IMG/VR virus record: IMGVR_UViG_3300008266_010073
Direction: 5' to 3' (one strand)
Length of the DNA: 54,683 nt
DNA from: an uncultured virus (IMG/VR IMGVR_UViG_3300008266_010073)
Lineage: Duplodnaviria > Heunggongvirae > Uroviricota > Caudoviricetes
The position numbers and the translations under genes were made by a program. Shown here piece after piece: positions 29,444 to 39,254 of the stretch. Below the pieces are notes generated by a model that was not told the origin of the DNA, did not search any database, and saw only the letters and a list, made by a program, of their open reading frames with translations. Each line of letters opens with the position of its first letter. Positions within the stretch are counted from its first letter, which is position 1.

Positions 29444-30339
29444 TAGTAACCGGTGGGGCTGGATTTATAGGCTCAAATATGACTGATTATTTGTTACAAC
29501 GAGGATGTCATGTAATTGTAATTGATAACTTATCTACGGGTAAAGCAGAAAACATAAATAATCTAGCAAAATTTTATAACAAAGATTTAGCAAAAATCGA
29601 TGTTGATGAATTAACTGATATATTCAATGAAGTAGATTTTGTTTTTCATTTTGCCGCTATGGCTCGGGTGCAACCATCTATAGAAGATCCCATTACATTT
29701 AATACGGTAAACGTTCAAGGTACACTTAAAGTATTGTTAGCAGCACATCGAGCTGGTGTTAAACGAGTTGTATATAGTGCATCGTCATCGGCATATGGAG
29801 ATGCTACACAATTTCCGACACCCGAAACTCATGGTACCAATCCATTATCTCCATATGGTCTTCAAAAATTAATCGGAGAACAATATTGTAAAATGTTTAG
29901 TCAGGTATACGGATTAGATACGGTATCTCTTCGTTATTTCAATGTATATGGAAATCGAATGGCAACTGAAGGAGCTTATTGTTTAGTAATGGGAATATTT
30001 GCAAAACAAATGTTAGATGGATTGCCGCTAACTATTACAAATGATGGAGAACAACGAAGAGATTTTACATACGTAGATGATGTAGTACAAGCTAATTGGT
30101 TAGCAGCTACATACATCGACCCGTTAAATGGAGAAGTTTTTAACATTGGAAACGGAAAAAACTATTCAGTTAATGAGGTAGCTGATATGATGGGTGGGGA
30201 AAAAACGTATGGATATCCTAGAATCGAGCCTAAAGAAACATTAGCAGATAATACAAAAGCTCGTAACATCTTAGGATGGAATCCTGTTGGAGATTTACCG
30301 ACATGGATCAAACAATATAAAAAAGATTTAGGTATTTAG
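29431..30339 (+). CDS. NAD-dependent sugar epimerase/dehydratase (GalE/WbpP-like)
   Basis: TGGAGFIGS, SSSAYG, YGLQK, RYFNVYG, RDFTYVDD. Confidence 0.93.
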   Translation: MQKVVVTGGAGFIGSNMTDYLLQRGCHVIVIDNLSTGKAENINNLAKFYNKDLAKIDVDELTDIFNEVDFVFHFAAMARVQPSIEDPITFNTVNVQGTLKVLLAAHRAGVKRVVYSASSSAYGDATQFPTPETHGTNPLSPYGLQKLIGEQYCKMFSQVYGLDTVSLRYFNVYGNRMATEGAYCLVMGIFAKQMLDGLPLTITNDGEQRRDFTYVDDVVQANWLAATYIDPLNGEVFNIGNGKNYSVNEVADMMGGEKTYGYPRIEPKETLADNTKARNILGWNPVGDLPTWIKQYKKDLGI

Positions 30340-30363
30340 TTTTCTGTTATTTGTTTGTAGTTG

Positions 30364-30371
30364 ATATTTAT
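30364..30371 (+). promoter_or_regulatory. ATATTTAT motif upstream of the lysis cassette
   Basis: Recurrent intergenic octamer. Confidence 0.55.
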
Positions 30372-30395
30372 ACTTGAAAGTATATTAGGAGCTAC

Positions 30396-30614
30396 ATGAA
30401 AAAATTTATTACAGAAATGTTTACTGGCGGAGATACATCTATCAAACGAGTTATTGCATTTATTGGATTTTTATTTATTGCCGTTACAATGTTGTTGAAT
30501 TCATATTCTCATGAATCTGTTAAACCATCTACAGATCTAGTAGATGCAGTTAAAACCATTGTAATTATTTGCATTGCCGGCAATGTTGCTGAAAAATTTC
30601 TATTAAAAAAATAA
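30396..30614 (+). CDS. putative holin
   Basis: 72 aa, two TM segments, basic C-terminus, directly before the lysozyme. Confidence 0.6.
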   Translation: MKKFITEMFTGGDTSIKRVIAFIGFLFIAVTMLLNSYSHESVKPSTDLVDAVKTIVIICIAGNVAEKFLLKK

Positions 30615-30630
30615 ATACAAGTAACAAGTC

Positions 30631-31092
30631 ATGAAAATAACAAAAACAGGTACCGGTGGTATTGAACTAATCAAAACATTCGAAGGATTTAGAGGAGCAC
30701 CATATAAATGTCCTGCAGGTATTCCTACAATAGGATATGGTGCTACATTTTACCCAGATGGTAAAAAAGTAACAATGACTGATGCTGTAATTACTGAGAC
30801 AAAAGGAACCGAACTATTACAGAGCATGTTAGCAAGTTTTGAACGCTATGTTGATTCATATTGCCGAGATGATATCAATCAAAATCAATTTGATGCATTA
30901 GTGTCATTTGCTTACAACTTAGGCCCAGCAAATTTAAAATCATCAACACTATTGAAAAAAGTTAATGCTAATCCGCAAGATGAAACCATTCGCGATGAAT
31001 TCATGAAATGGGTCAAAGCTGGTGGTAAAACACTTAAAGGATTAGTAAGACGTAGAGAAGCGGAAGCAAATTTATATTTTAAAAAGGATTAA
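30631..31092 (+). CDS. GH24 phage lysozyme (endolysin)
   Basis: IK.FEG....Y.CPAG.PTIGYG, QFDALVSF.YN.G, GL..RR.AE. Confidence 0.95.
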   Translation: MKITKTGTGGIELIKTFEGFRGAPYKCPAGIPTIGYGATFYPDGKKVTMTDAVITETKGTELLQSMLASFERYVDSYCRDDINQNQFDALVSFAYNLGPANLKSSTLLKKVNANPQDETIRDEFMKWVKAGGKTLKGLVRRREAEANLYFKKD

Positions 31093-31095
31093 TTT

Positions 31096-31554
31096 ATGCA
31101 ATTGAGTAAAAATTTAGTTTTAGCAGAAGTTATGCGAAGTGAAACTGCGAAACGTAAAGGTATTAGCAATATGCCAACACTAGAGCATATTGAGAATTTC
31201 AAACTATTAGCTGAAAAAGTATTCCAACCAATTCGAGAACATTTTGGAAAGCCAATTCACATTTCATCAGGCTACAGAAGTGCAGCTCTTAACAAAGCTG
31301 TCGGAGGAAGTTCATCTTCACAACATTGTTCCGGTGAAGCAATTGATATTGATATGGATGGAACAGATATCACAAATGCCGAAGTATTCAACTTCATCAA
31401 AGACAATCTAGAATTTGATCAGCTTATTTGGGAATTCGGAACAGATAAAAATCCAGATTGGGTTCATGTATCATATGAATCAAAAGGACGTCAACGCAAA
31501 CAAATCCTAAAAGCTGTTAAATCTGGCGGCAAAACTGTTTATAAACCTTACTAA
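31096..31554 (+). CDS. peptidase M15A (D-Ala-D-Ala carboxypeptidase-like)
   Basis: ISSGYRS..LN.AVGG...SQH..GEA.D, WVHVS. Confidence 0.9.
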   Translation: MQLSKNLVLAEVMRSETAKRKGISNMPTLEHIENFKLLAEKVFQPIREHFGKPIHISSGYRSAALNKAVGGSSSSQHCSGEAIDIDMDGTDITNAEVFNFIKDNLEFDQLIWEFGTDKNPDWVHVSYESKGRQRKQILKAVKSGGKTVYKPY

Positions 31555-31571
31555 TAGATTATGGTAGTAAC

Positions 31572-33386
31572 ATGAAGTTTAAAATCATATTAGCTTTATT
31601 GTTACTACCATATACAGTTATCGCACAGCACTTCGATCACGAACAACATGTAGAAACTACATGGGATCAAGGCATACCTTTATGTCCTGAAGATGCATAC
31701 ATAACCGGATTGATTGAACAATTAGATCCGGAGTTTTTAACTACTCCAAACAAACCTATTACTAAAAAGAATGCTAAACTCTGCAGAGAGATTGCAATTG
31801 CATTTTACAATCGAGAAATGTATGATGCAGCGGATTGGTATTTGTATAAAGCCAAAACATATGTTGAAGTTGTAGAGATTCAACCCGAAACAATTGTAAA
31901 ACAACTGACTCCAGAGATTTCTGATGCAACTGCAGAACAATTGAAAAGTTTGCAACAAGATGCTAAGTTTCTAGAAAGTATTCCAGACAGTTATGATCAA
32001 CTCAATGAAACACAAATCAAACAATTAGCAGAACGTATTGATAAACAAATTCAAAAATTAACAACAGAACGTGCTGTACTTGTAAAAAACAAAGCAAGTA
32101 AAGATGTCATTGATGCAAAAGACAAAACCATAGATCATTTAGAAAAAGAAAAGCATGTTATAGATTTAACTGTCAAAGAAAACGTTTTAAAGAAACAAAC
32201 ATCCATATTAAAAACAGAACGCCAAACTTTATACCGTTATTTGGTATCAACGGGTGCTGTAATTGCAGTTTTAATCTTGTTGATATCATATATTGCCTTG
32301 AGAAAAAGAGTGGCTTATAAAGAATCTGTGATATTAAAACAAAAGAATCGTTTCAATGAATTTGAACAATTTGTAGATTCATCAGTGCTTGTTAGCAAAA
32401 CAGATGCTAAAGGACGAATAACTTATGTAAATGAAAAGTTTCAGCAAGTATCGGGTTGGACTGCCGATGAAGCTATGGGTCAAGATCATCGAATAGTTAA
32501 TTCGGGATATCATAACAGAGAATATTGGCAGGATATGTATGATACTGTATTGCGGCAACGTAAAATATGGAATGGTGTAGTTACCAATAAAAACAAGTCC
32601 GGAGAATTGTATTGGGTAGATTCTTATATTAAAGCTGAGTTTGATGAAAAAGGCCAATTGCAAGGATTTACTTCAATTCGATACGATGTTACTGATGTTG
32701 TAAAAAGTGCACAAGAAATAGAAAAACAAAATACATACTTAGAACATGCAGCAAAGATTCTGCGACATGATATGCATTCTGGAATCAACACGTATATCCC
32801 ACGTGGTGTAAATTCTCTAGAACGAAGATTAACTGATGATACTATAAAAAATTTAAAATTAGAAGCTCCTTTAAAAATGATAAAAGAAGGATTGACTCAT
32901 ACTCAAAAAGTTTATAAAGGAGTATATGAATTTACCAACCTAGTTAAAAAAGACGTAGTACTTAATAAAACTACATGTGACTTGAAACAAATACTAGAAT
33001 CTTATTTGACTTCAACATCATACAAAAGTCAAGTTATACTAGAAGATCTTGGCAATGCAGATGTAAATGAACCATTATTTTGCACTGCGGTTGATAACTT
33101 GATTCGTAACGGATTGAAGTACAATGATAGCTCAACTAAGTTTGTGAAGATATATATAGAAAATGGTGATGTAGTTATACAAGACAATGGACGAGGCTTG
33201 ACTCAAGACGAATTCAATCATCTGTCTAAACCATATACCAGAAAACCCGGACAAAAAGAAACAGGTACTGGTTTAGGATTAAACATATGTGTAGCAATAT
33301 TAACAGAACATGGATTTAAAATAAGTTGTGATAAAAATGAAATAGGAACAAAAATTAAAATTAAATTAGGAACTGGGAATGATTGA
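31572..33386 (+). CDS. membrane sensor histidine kinase with PAS domain
   Basis: Signal peptide, coiled coil, TM helix, PAS (TDAKGRITYVN...G.DHR...YWV), H-box LRHDM, N-box DNLIRNGLKY, DNGRG, GTGLGL. Confidence 0.9.
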   Translation: MKFKIILALLLLPYTVIAQHFDHEQHVETTWDQGIPLCPEDAYITGLIEQLDPEFLTTPNKPITKKNAKLCREIAIAFYNREMYDAADWYLYKAKTYVEVVEIQPETIVKQLTPEISDATAEQLKSLQQDAKFLESIPDSYDQLNETQIKQLAERIDKQIQKLTTERAVLVKNKASKDVIDAKDKTIDHLEKEKHVIDLTVKENVLKKQTSILKTERQTLYRYLVSTGAVIAVLILLISYIALRKRVAYKESVILKQKNRFNEFEQFVDSSVLVSKTDAKGRITYVNEKFQQVSGWTADEAMGQDHRIVNSGYHNREYWQDMYDTVLRQRKIWNGVVTNKNKSGELYWVDSYIKAEFDEKGQLQGFTSIRYDVTDVVKSAQEIEKQNTYLEHAAKILRHDMHSGINTYIPRGVNSLERRLTDDTIKNLKLEAPLKMIKEGLTHTQKVYKGVYEFTNLVKKDVVLNKTTCDLKQILESYLTSTSYKSQVILEDLGNADVNEPLFCTAVDNLIRNGLKYNDSSTKFVKIYIENGDVVIQDNGRGLTQDEFNHLSKPYTRKPGQKETGTGLGLNICVAILTEHGFKISCDKNEIGTKIKIKLGTGND

Positions 33387-33816
33387 ATCAATTTTATTAG
33401 TAGATGATGAAGATTTGTTTCACTTAGTATTTGAAGATGCTTGTAGTTTGTTGGATATAACATTATCGTTGCAAGCAATTAATAGTTCAGACGAAGCAGA
33501 ACGAATGTTTAAAAATTGGTTTGAAAACGGATTGGTTGAAGAAAAACCGGCTTGCGTATTTGTAGATTTAAATATTATTGGATCTAGTTTTGACGGAATT
33601 GAATTGATACGCAAAATTAATTTTGAATACGGTAATCACGTAGTAATCGGAATTATATCATCCTCAGATGAAGCAACAGAACAAACAAAAGCACAAACAG
33701 CTGGAGCTCAGTTCTGGATAATCAAATCAGATGAAATTGAGCCGAGACTAGAAGAATTCCGGAATGACTATCAACGTTATCAAACTAGAACGGCTCCTTT
33801 TAAAGTATATAGATGA
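33379..33816 (+). CDS. stand-alone response regulator receiver
   Basis: ILLVDDE, VFVDLN phosphoacceptor, DGIEL, ISSS, IIK; no output domain. Confidence 0.88.
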   Translation: MIESILLVDDEDLFHLVFEDACSLLDITLSLQAINSSDEAERMFKNWFENGLVEEKPACVFVDLNIIGSSFDGIELIRKINFEYGNHVVIGIISSSDEATEQTKAQTAGAQFWIIKSDEIEPRLEEFRNDYQRYQTRTAPFKVYR

Positions 33817-34388
33817 TAAAATTTGATCAGGATACAAAACAAAAATTAAAAGAGTTATATCAAAAGCGTGGTATAGGACTCGAAGGAAACATCATTAGAA
33901 TGATAGACTCATCAGATGATTCTGAGTTTGCAACGTATCTGCAAACATGTAGTGATAAAGACAAAGACAATCGTCGCAAACGTTTAGAAATAACCAAACA
34001 AATTCAAACACAAAACAAAGAGTTGGTAGAATCTCAACAAGCCAATCAACAACTAATGGTAGAATTGCAAGAAGCATTGGATTCTGCAGAACAATCACGT
34101 TGTGATGCTGAGAAGGCCCGGGATGCTGCAATGGATGATTTGGACATGATGCAGAAACGTACTCAGTTTGAATTAATCAATCTCATAGTAAAAGTGTCTC
34201 TCATAATCATAATAGGAGTTGGATTCATAACTACAACTATTTACATGGTTGCCTTATTTGCCGATAAAGACACGCAAATCATCGGATCTACCTGGAGTAA
34301 CATGTTTGGCATCTTGTTAACCAATGCATTTAGTATAATTGGTACTATAATGGGTGTTAAGTATGCATCCGAAAAATCCGATAAATGA
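33813..34388 (+). CDS. coiled-coil protein with two C-terminal TM helices
   Basis: Heptad-rich middle region, two hydrophobic segments, ATGA overlap with the receiver gene. Confidence 0.7.
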   Translation: MIKFDQDTKQKLKELYQKRGIGLEGNIIRMIDSSDDSEFATYLQTCSDKDKDNRRKRLEITKQIQTQNKELVESQQANQQLMVELQEALDSAEQSRCDAEKARDAAMDDLDMMQKRTQFELINLIVKVSLIIIIGVGFITTTIYMVALFADKDTQIIGSTWSNMFGILLTNAFSIIGTIMGVKYASEKSDK

Positions 34389-34417
34389 TTTGAATATCAT
34401 GCATTTTTTTATATATT
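34389..34417 (+). promoter_or_regulatory. putative promoter TTTG-N19-TATATT
   Basis: Recurrent spaced motif. Confidence 0.55.
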
Positions 34418-34423
34418 CATAGT

Positions 34424-34771
34424 ATGAACTATAAATACATACTATTATCCATAGCAATTTTCTTGTTGGGACAGGGCATTGTTTGGATTCAAACCAACGG
34501 ACCATTATTGTGGCCATGGGCAGTAAAATGGAAATGGGCATTAATTGCATTAGGAATTCCTATTACTTGGCTGTTTATGGAGGCAACCCGCTTTGCTGTA
34601 GAAGGATTTGGCGGTGTTTTTTGGCCTGGAAGATTTGTTTCATTTGTTACTGGAATTACAATATTTGCTATTATGACTTGGCTGTTTCGAGATGAAGCTA
34701 TTAACATGAAAACGGCTGTATCTTTGTTGTTAGCATTCATACTACTAATGATACAACTCTTTTGGAAGTAA
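34424..34771 (+). CDS. 4-TM membrane protein (DMT/SMR-like size)
   Basis: Four hydrophobic helices in 115 aa. Confidence 0.6.
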   Translation: MNYKYILLSIAIFLLGQGIVWIQTNGPLLWPWAVKWKWALIALGIPITWLFMEATRFAVEGFGGVFWPGRFVSFVTGITIFAIMTWLFRDEAINMKTAVSLLLAFILLMIQLFWK

Positions 34772-34786
34772 CAATATTTATTATAA

Positions 34787-36142
34787 ATGCTACAAGAATA
34801 TCAAACACAAAGCACTCTCAATCCAAAACTTTGGATAGGCGATAAACTTCGTCCCAAGCTTCGTGTCGGCTTTATGAAAATCGCAAAAGCATTTCATGAT
34901 TTCCTAGAAACCAAATGTGATATTAAAGATGTTATCATTATAGGTAGTAGTGCTAATTACAATTGGACGGAACATAGTGACATAGATTTACATGTTGTGG
35001 TTGATTATCTTAAAGCTGGTGATAATCTGCATCTAGTTAAAAATTATATGCACGCCAAAAAAAGCATATGGAACATGACGCATCCTTTAACATACAAAGG
35101 CATGAACATTGAATTGTATGCACAGGATTCCAATGAAAATTTACATTCAACCGTAGGAGTATATTCAGTGATGCGAGGTAAATGGTTGCATAAACCAAGT
35201 GCTGATACAGTTTCAATTGATGATGAAGCTATACAACAAAAGGCAGAGCCATATGAATATGAGATTGATTCATTGAAAGAATCAGATCCGAACATACAAC
35301 AGCGAATTGAACATATCAAACAACGACTTCGTCATTTGCGACAAACGGGTCTAGAAGCCGAAGGAGAATATTCAGTAGAAAACATGGCATACAAACATCT
35401 TCGTAATAAAGGTTATTTAGAACGTTTAAATCGATTGGAACAAAAAGTAACAATTGGCCAATTGTCTGTAGAACATGTTGTAAATGAAGCCGATGACTCA
35501 TCAATCATACATAAAACCAAAGATAAAATAAAACAGTTTGCATCAGCAATGCGTACAGAGTCTGCAGAGACTAAACAAGCTTTGAAAATGCTACTTCAAC
35601 ACATTAATGGAGAAAAATTAAATTCGGAAGAATGGTTGTTTGTTCGCAATCAAATGAAAGATGTAGTCAAGTTGTTAGGTCTAACTACAATGGCTGTTAC
35701 ACCTGGTGGGAGTCTTGTTGCATTGTTAGCAAAAGCTTTGAAAATGGATAAATACATTTTGCCTTCTTCATTTCAAAAGAAACACGAAAAAGAAGTTGTA
35801 GAAGCATTAGCAGCACATGTAAACAAACAAAAAATACTAGATGAAGCTGGTTGGGCTGAAATCATACGCAAAACAGATGCAGTAACAGATCCAATGGGAC
35901 AATGGAAACACCCAGGACGATGCACAATGATTTCAACAACAGATGGTTGTATAACAATGAAACAAGTAGCACATCCGGTAATGGGAATTGATGATACAGG
36001 CCATATGCTCATGATGGCTCCAGAACACGATTATCAGTTTCCAGGACGTAATGTGTTTGAAATACCACATACAGCTCAATGGCAGACCATGATTATGCAA
36101 TTGAAAAATAGAATGAACAATGGATCAATATATGCAAAGTAA
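34787..36142 (+). CDS. Pol-beta-family nucleotidyltransferase fused to LETM1-like and unknown domains
   Basis: IGSSANYNW...SDIDLH...IELY; NQMKD...PGG...LPSSF; ATATTTAT at 34774. Confidence 0.7.
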   Translation: MLQEYQTQSTLNPKLWIGDKLRPKLRVGFMKIAKAFHDFLETKCDIKDVIIIGSSANYNWTEHSDIDLHVVVDYLKAGDNLHLVKNYMHAKKSIWNMTHPLTYKGMNIELYAQDSNENLHSTVGVYSVMRGKWLHKPSADTVSIDDEAIQQKAEPYEYEIDSLKESDPNIQQRIEHIKQRLRHLRQTGLEAEGEYSVENMAYKHLRNKGYLERLNRLEQKVTIGQLSVEHVVNEADDSSIIHKTKDKIKQFASAMRTESAETKQALKMLLQHINGEKLNSEEWLFVRNQMKDVVKLLGLTTMAVTPGGSLVALLAKALKMDKYILPSSFQKKHEKEVVEALAAHVNKQKILDEAGWAEIIRKTDAVTDPMGQWKHPGRCTMISTTDGCITMKQVAHPVMGIDDTGHMLMMAPEHDYQFPGRNVFEIPHTAQWQTMIMQLKNRMNNGSIYAK

Positions 36143-36317
36143 AGGTTTAGGTGACGACATCAAAAAAATAACTGCTGCAACGGGTTTAGATCAACTTGCA
36201 AAACGCATCGCACAGATACTAGATGAAGATTGTGGATGTGATGATCGAGCTGAATGGTTGAATGAAAAAACACGTAATTGGCCAATATATAAGAAACGAA
36301 ACGATACTAAACGATAA
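36132..36317 (+). CDS. hypothetical protein
   Basis: SKGLGDDI.KIT.ATG...DCGCD.R...LN. Confidence 0.6.
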   Translation: MQSKGLGDDIKKITAATGLDQLAKRIAQILDEDCGCDDRAEWLNEKTRNWPIYKKRNDTKR

Positions 36318-36339
36318 TATATTTATATTAAAGGATACA

Positions 36340-36813
36340 ATGAAATCATTGAACGAATGCGGATGCAATTCAAACATGGATCATAGCGAAACTCGTAACT
36401 ACATGTTTTTTGAGAATCTTAAAACCATTAAAAAATCTGTTGATGCTATGCTTCAAATGGATCCGCAGCAAGTAGATCGAATGCTATCCGCAGGGCATGG
36501 TTGGGCAGTAGATCATATTGCAACATCCAAAGATGATGTAGAAGAAGTTGGGGCATTCATTATGAATCAAATGCAAACACGTTCTTCAGCATTATATGGT
36601 GGCAATGATGCATATAATTCACAACCAGCATTTGTTCCCGTAACATTGGATAGTCCAGACAAAATGAAAAATTTTATTCGAGAAATCATACGCAAAGTAA
36701 AAGATGGTTATCGATTGTATAGTCATTCAGGACGAAACTTAGGAACATATGATACTCGTTCCGGAGCTGAAAACAGAGAGCGACAAGTTCAATATTTTAA
36801 ACATAAGAAGTAA
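36340..36813 (+). CDS. hypothetical protein (putative head protein)
   Basis: ATG36340 follows the ATATTTAT motif; starts MKSLNE. Confidence 0.6.
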   Translation: MKSLNECGCNSNMDHSETRNYMFFENLKTIKKSVDAMLQMDPQQVDRMLSAGHGWAVDHIATSKDDVEEVGAFIMNQMQTRSSALYGGNDAYNSQPAFVPVTLDSPDKMKNFIREIIRKVKDGYRLYSHSGRNLGTYDTRSGAENRERQVQYFKHKK

Positions 36814-37232
36814 TGGAAAAACTTAAACATCTTTTAATTGAAGCTAAAACCGGATGTCCTGTTGCAACACAAGATATACATGTTAATCTAAAAAATAGAC
36901 AACATGCAATTGATGAATATTATTATGGACCAGCAAATCCAGATAAACCAGGTACATATTGGAAAGATGCTGCTAAACGTTGGAAAATAGATGAAGCTAC
37001 AGCAAAAACAATGAAATGTGGTAACTGTGCAGCTTTTGATGTTTCAGACAAGATGTGGAAGTGTATGGCTAAAGGTATTGAGGGTGACGAAAAAAATATT
37101 GATGCTATGGCTACTATAGAAAAGGCTGATTTAGGTTATTGCAATTTTTTACATTTTAAATGTGCCGGTACTCGTAGTTGCACTGCTTGGGTAACTGGAG
37201 GAGCACTTGACGACAAGGATCTAACAAAATGA
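36813..37232 (+). CDS. Cys-rich hypothetical protein
   Basis: CGNC...GYC...KCA..RSC.AW; N-terminal MEKLKHLLIE. Confidence 0.65.
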   Translation: MEKLKHLLIEAKTGCPVATQDIHVNLKNRQHAIDEYYYGPANPDKPGTYWKDAAKRWKIDEATAKTMKCGNCAAFDVSDKMWKCMAKGIEGDEKNIDAMATIEKADLGYCNFLHFKCAGTRSCTAWVTGGALDDKDLTK

Positions 37233-37627
37233 TAAATCTAAAACAAATATTATCCGAAGGGGACGTTGTTGATCCTAAACAATTGGCAAAACCATTTTTT
37301 CAAGAGTTTTCAAAACAAATGAAAACATCTCCCAAATTTTCATATTTAGGCCTAAAAAATAAAGAACATGTATTTTGTGCACCTATTGAAGATTTAGGTA
37401 CATTGAAACTAATATTTTCTAAAGCAGAATTTGTTGCTAAAGTATGTGATAAGTATGCATACTTTGGAATTGTGTATCTGTTAAATGGATTGGAGCAATT
37501 TGATGCTACGGTTTGTTTAATAACACGCAACAAAAATTCATATGAAACTAAATTGTTTGATGATTCAGATTCTGACTTTAATAATTCAAAAACCAATTTT
37601 GCAAATATTATAAAAAACATGATGTAA
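37229..37627 (+). CDS. hypothetical protein
   Basis: N-terminal MINLKQILSE. Confidence 0.6.
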   Translation: MINLKQILSEGDVVDPKQLAKPFFQEFSKQMKTSPKFSYLGLKNKEHVFCAPIEDLGTLKLIFSKAEFVAKVCDKYAYFGIVYLLNGLEQFDATVCLITRNKNSYETKLFDDSDSDFNNSKTNFANIIKNMM

Positions 37628-38289
37628 TGTTAAGTTATAACGTATTTAAACCAAGTTATGCAAACATTCAAATTTCAAAACCGTTACCAACTGATATAGC
37701 AGAGCATGTATTACTAAATAGTACGTGTCATGTTGACCACGAAGGTTTTGATTTAAATGAAATTGAACAAGCATATTACGCACATAATGATATCATATTA
37801 GAACATGATACTACATGGTATAAAGATGGAGATGCTGCAAAAGGCGCTCATGCAATTATTCAGCCATGGTTAACACAAAATGAATCATCTGAATTAATTC
37901 TAGATCATAGTCAGTTTGTTTTTAGATATCCTTTATCCGGAGATGCAGCTAACCAAGTAAAACAATACGCAAAACAACGTCCGGAACTATTACGTATATT
38001 AAGTACTAGTTTTAAATGTGGTTTAGATTTATGTATTGATTATTTAACTGAAGATAGGGTACAGCCAGTAGTTCATATTGAATGGGATTATAACAATGTG
38101 CAAGATATGCTTATCGATGTGGATTATGTAGAAAACGTATTGCGCAATACAGATTGGAATGAAATAATATCAGTTATTAAAAGATTCAATCGATTATCAA
38201 AAGGATCTTTAGATGCATTTCAACAAGCTGATTTCAGATCCATGTTGTTATTTGGTCAAAAATCTTATAAATTGATTCCAACGTTGTGA
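37627..38289 (+). CDS. hypothetical protein
   Basis: 220-aa ORF with a TAATG overlap. Confidence 0.65.
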   Translation: MLSYNVFKPSYANIQISKPLPTDIAEHVLLNSTCHVDHEGFDLNEIEQAYYAHNDIILEHDTTWYKDGDAAKGAHAIIQPWLTQNESSELILDHSQFVFRYPLSGDAANQVKQYAKQRPELLRILSTSFKCGLDLCIDYLTEDRVQPVVHIEWDYNNVQDMLIDVDYVENVLRNTDWNEIISVIKRFNRLSKGSLDAFQQADFRSMLLFGQKSYKLIPTL

Positions 38290-38312
38290 TATTTATTTAA
38301 AAGAAAATATAC

Positions 38313-39218
38313 ATGATACGTTTAAAATCATTGTTAAATGAGGGAAATGGTCCATTGAAAGGTCAATGGCTGGATAAAGGATTATCAATAGCAAAACAAC
38401 TTGAAAGTCGTGGATTCACAAAAGAGCAAGCTGCAGCTATTGTAGGAAATATGTGGGCAGAGTCTACATTTAATCCTTCAGCTGAAAATAGTATCGGAGC
38501 AATTGGATTGTTGCAATGGTTAGGTGACAGAAAAAAAGCTCTTCTTAAATTTGCAAAACAAAAAAGTCGTCCGTGGTCGGATTTTAATTTGCAACTAGAT
38601 TTTATTAAATACGAATTATTAGATGCATATAATGGCGAATATTCATATGAAGCTAATCAATTTTCTAAAGCTATGCGTCACGGAAAAACCGTACAAGACA
38701 GAGCTGAAGGATTTGCTAAATTTAGTGAACGACCCGGAGCTGGAGAATTAACTGATAGTTTACCTACAAGAAGAATTGCAGCACATAATGTATTTACTGC
38801 ATTAACCAAATCAACAAAAAAATCTACAAGTGATCTTAAAGATGCTATCGGTAAAACAGTGTATGCACTAAAGAAAAATGGATATGTTAATGTACGTGAA
38901 GAAGCAGTAGTAGATGCCGGAATATTTGATAATTTACTAACAACTATTAAATATCCAAATCCAGTTGGCGTAGTAAAATCAGTTGTAACTGGGGAAGACG
39001 CAAAAACATGGTACCAAATAAAATTGTCTACTGGAGAAATTGGATACGTACGAAATGATGTTGTAACTACAGAAAATGAAGCATACTACGTAGTACAACC
39101 CGGAGATACATTAACGCAGATTGCAAATAAATATAAAACAACTATATCTGCTATACAAAAAAAGAATCCGGGATTAGATCCAGACAAGATTCGTGATGGT
39201 CAAAAAATAAAAATATAA
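38313..39218 (+). CDS. phage tail-type lysozyme with SH3b-like and LysM domains
   Basis: AAIVGN..AES.FNP...G..QW...R, FSERP; WYQI...G..GYV; YVVQPGDTL..IA.KY.TT. Confidence 0.85.
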   Translation: MIRLKSLLNEGNGPLKGQWLDKGLSIAKQLESRGFTKEQAAAIVGNMWAESTFNPSAENSIGAIGLLQWLGDRKKALLKFAKQKSRPWSDFNLQLDFIKYELLDAYNGEYSYEANQFSKAMRHGKTVQDRAEGFAKFSERPGAGELTDSLPTRRIAAHNVFTALTKSTKKSTSDLKDAIGKTVYALKKNGYVNVREEAVVDAGIFDNLLTTIKYPNPVGVVKSVVTGEDAKTWYQIKLSTGEIGYVRNDVVTTENEAYYVVQPGDTLTQIANKYKTTISAIQKKNPGLDPDKIRDGQKIKI

Positions 39219-39219
39219 C

Positions 39220-39248
39220 TTGGATAAGTTAATGAATTTACATATTAT
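39220..39248 (+). promoter_or_regulatory. putative promoter TTGG-N19-TATTAT
   Basis: Recurrent spaced motif. Confidence 0.55.
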
Positions 39249-39254
39249 TGTAAT

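Noticed and set aside
12538..30339. Bacterial chromosomal O-antigen or capsule locus (cellular origin of the window)
   Set aside because: It is flanked by T4-like replisome and lysis genes, shares the phage intergenic motif and lacks wzx/wzy/wzm-type membrane genes.
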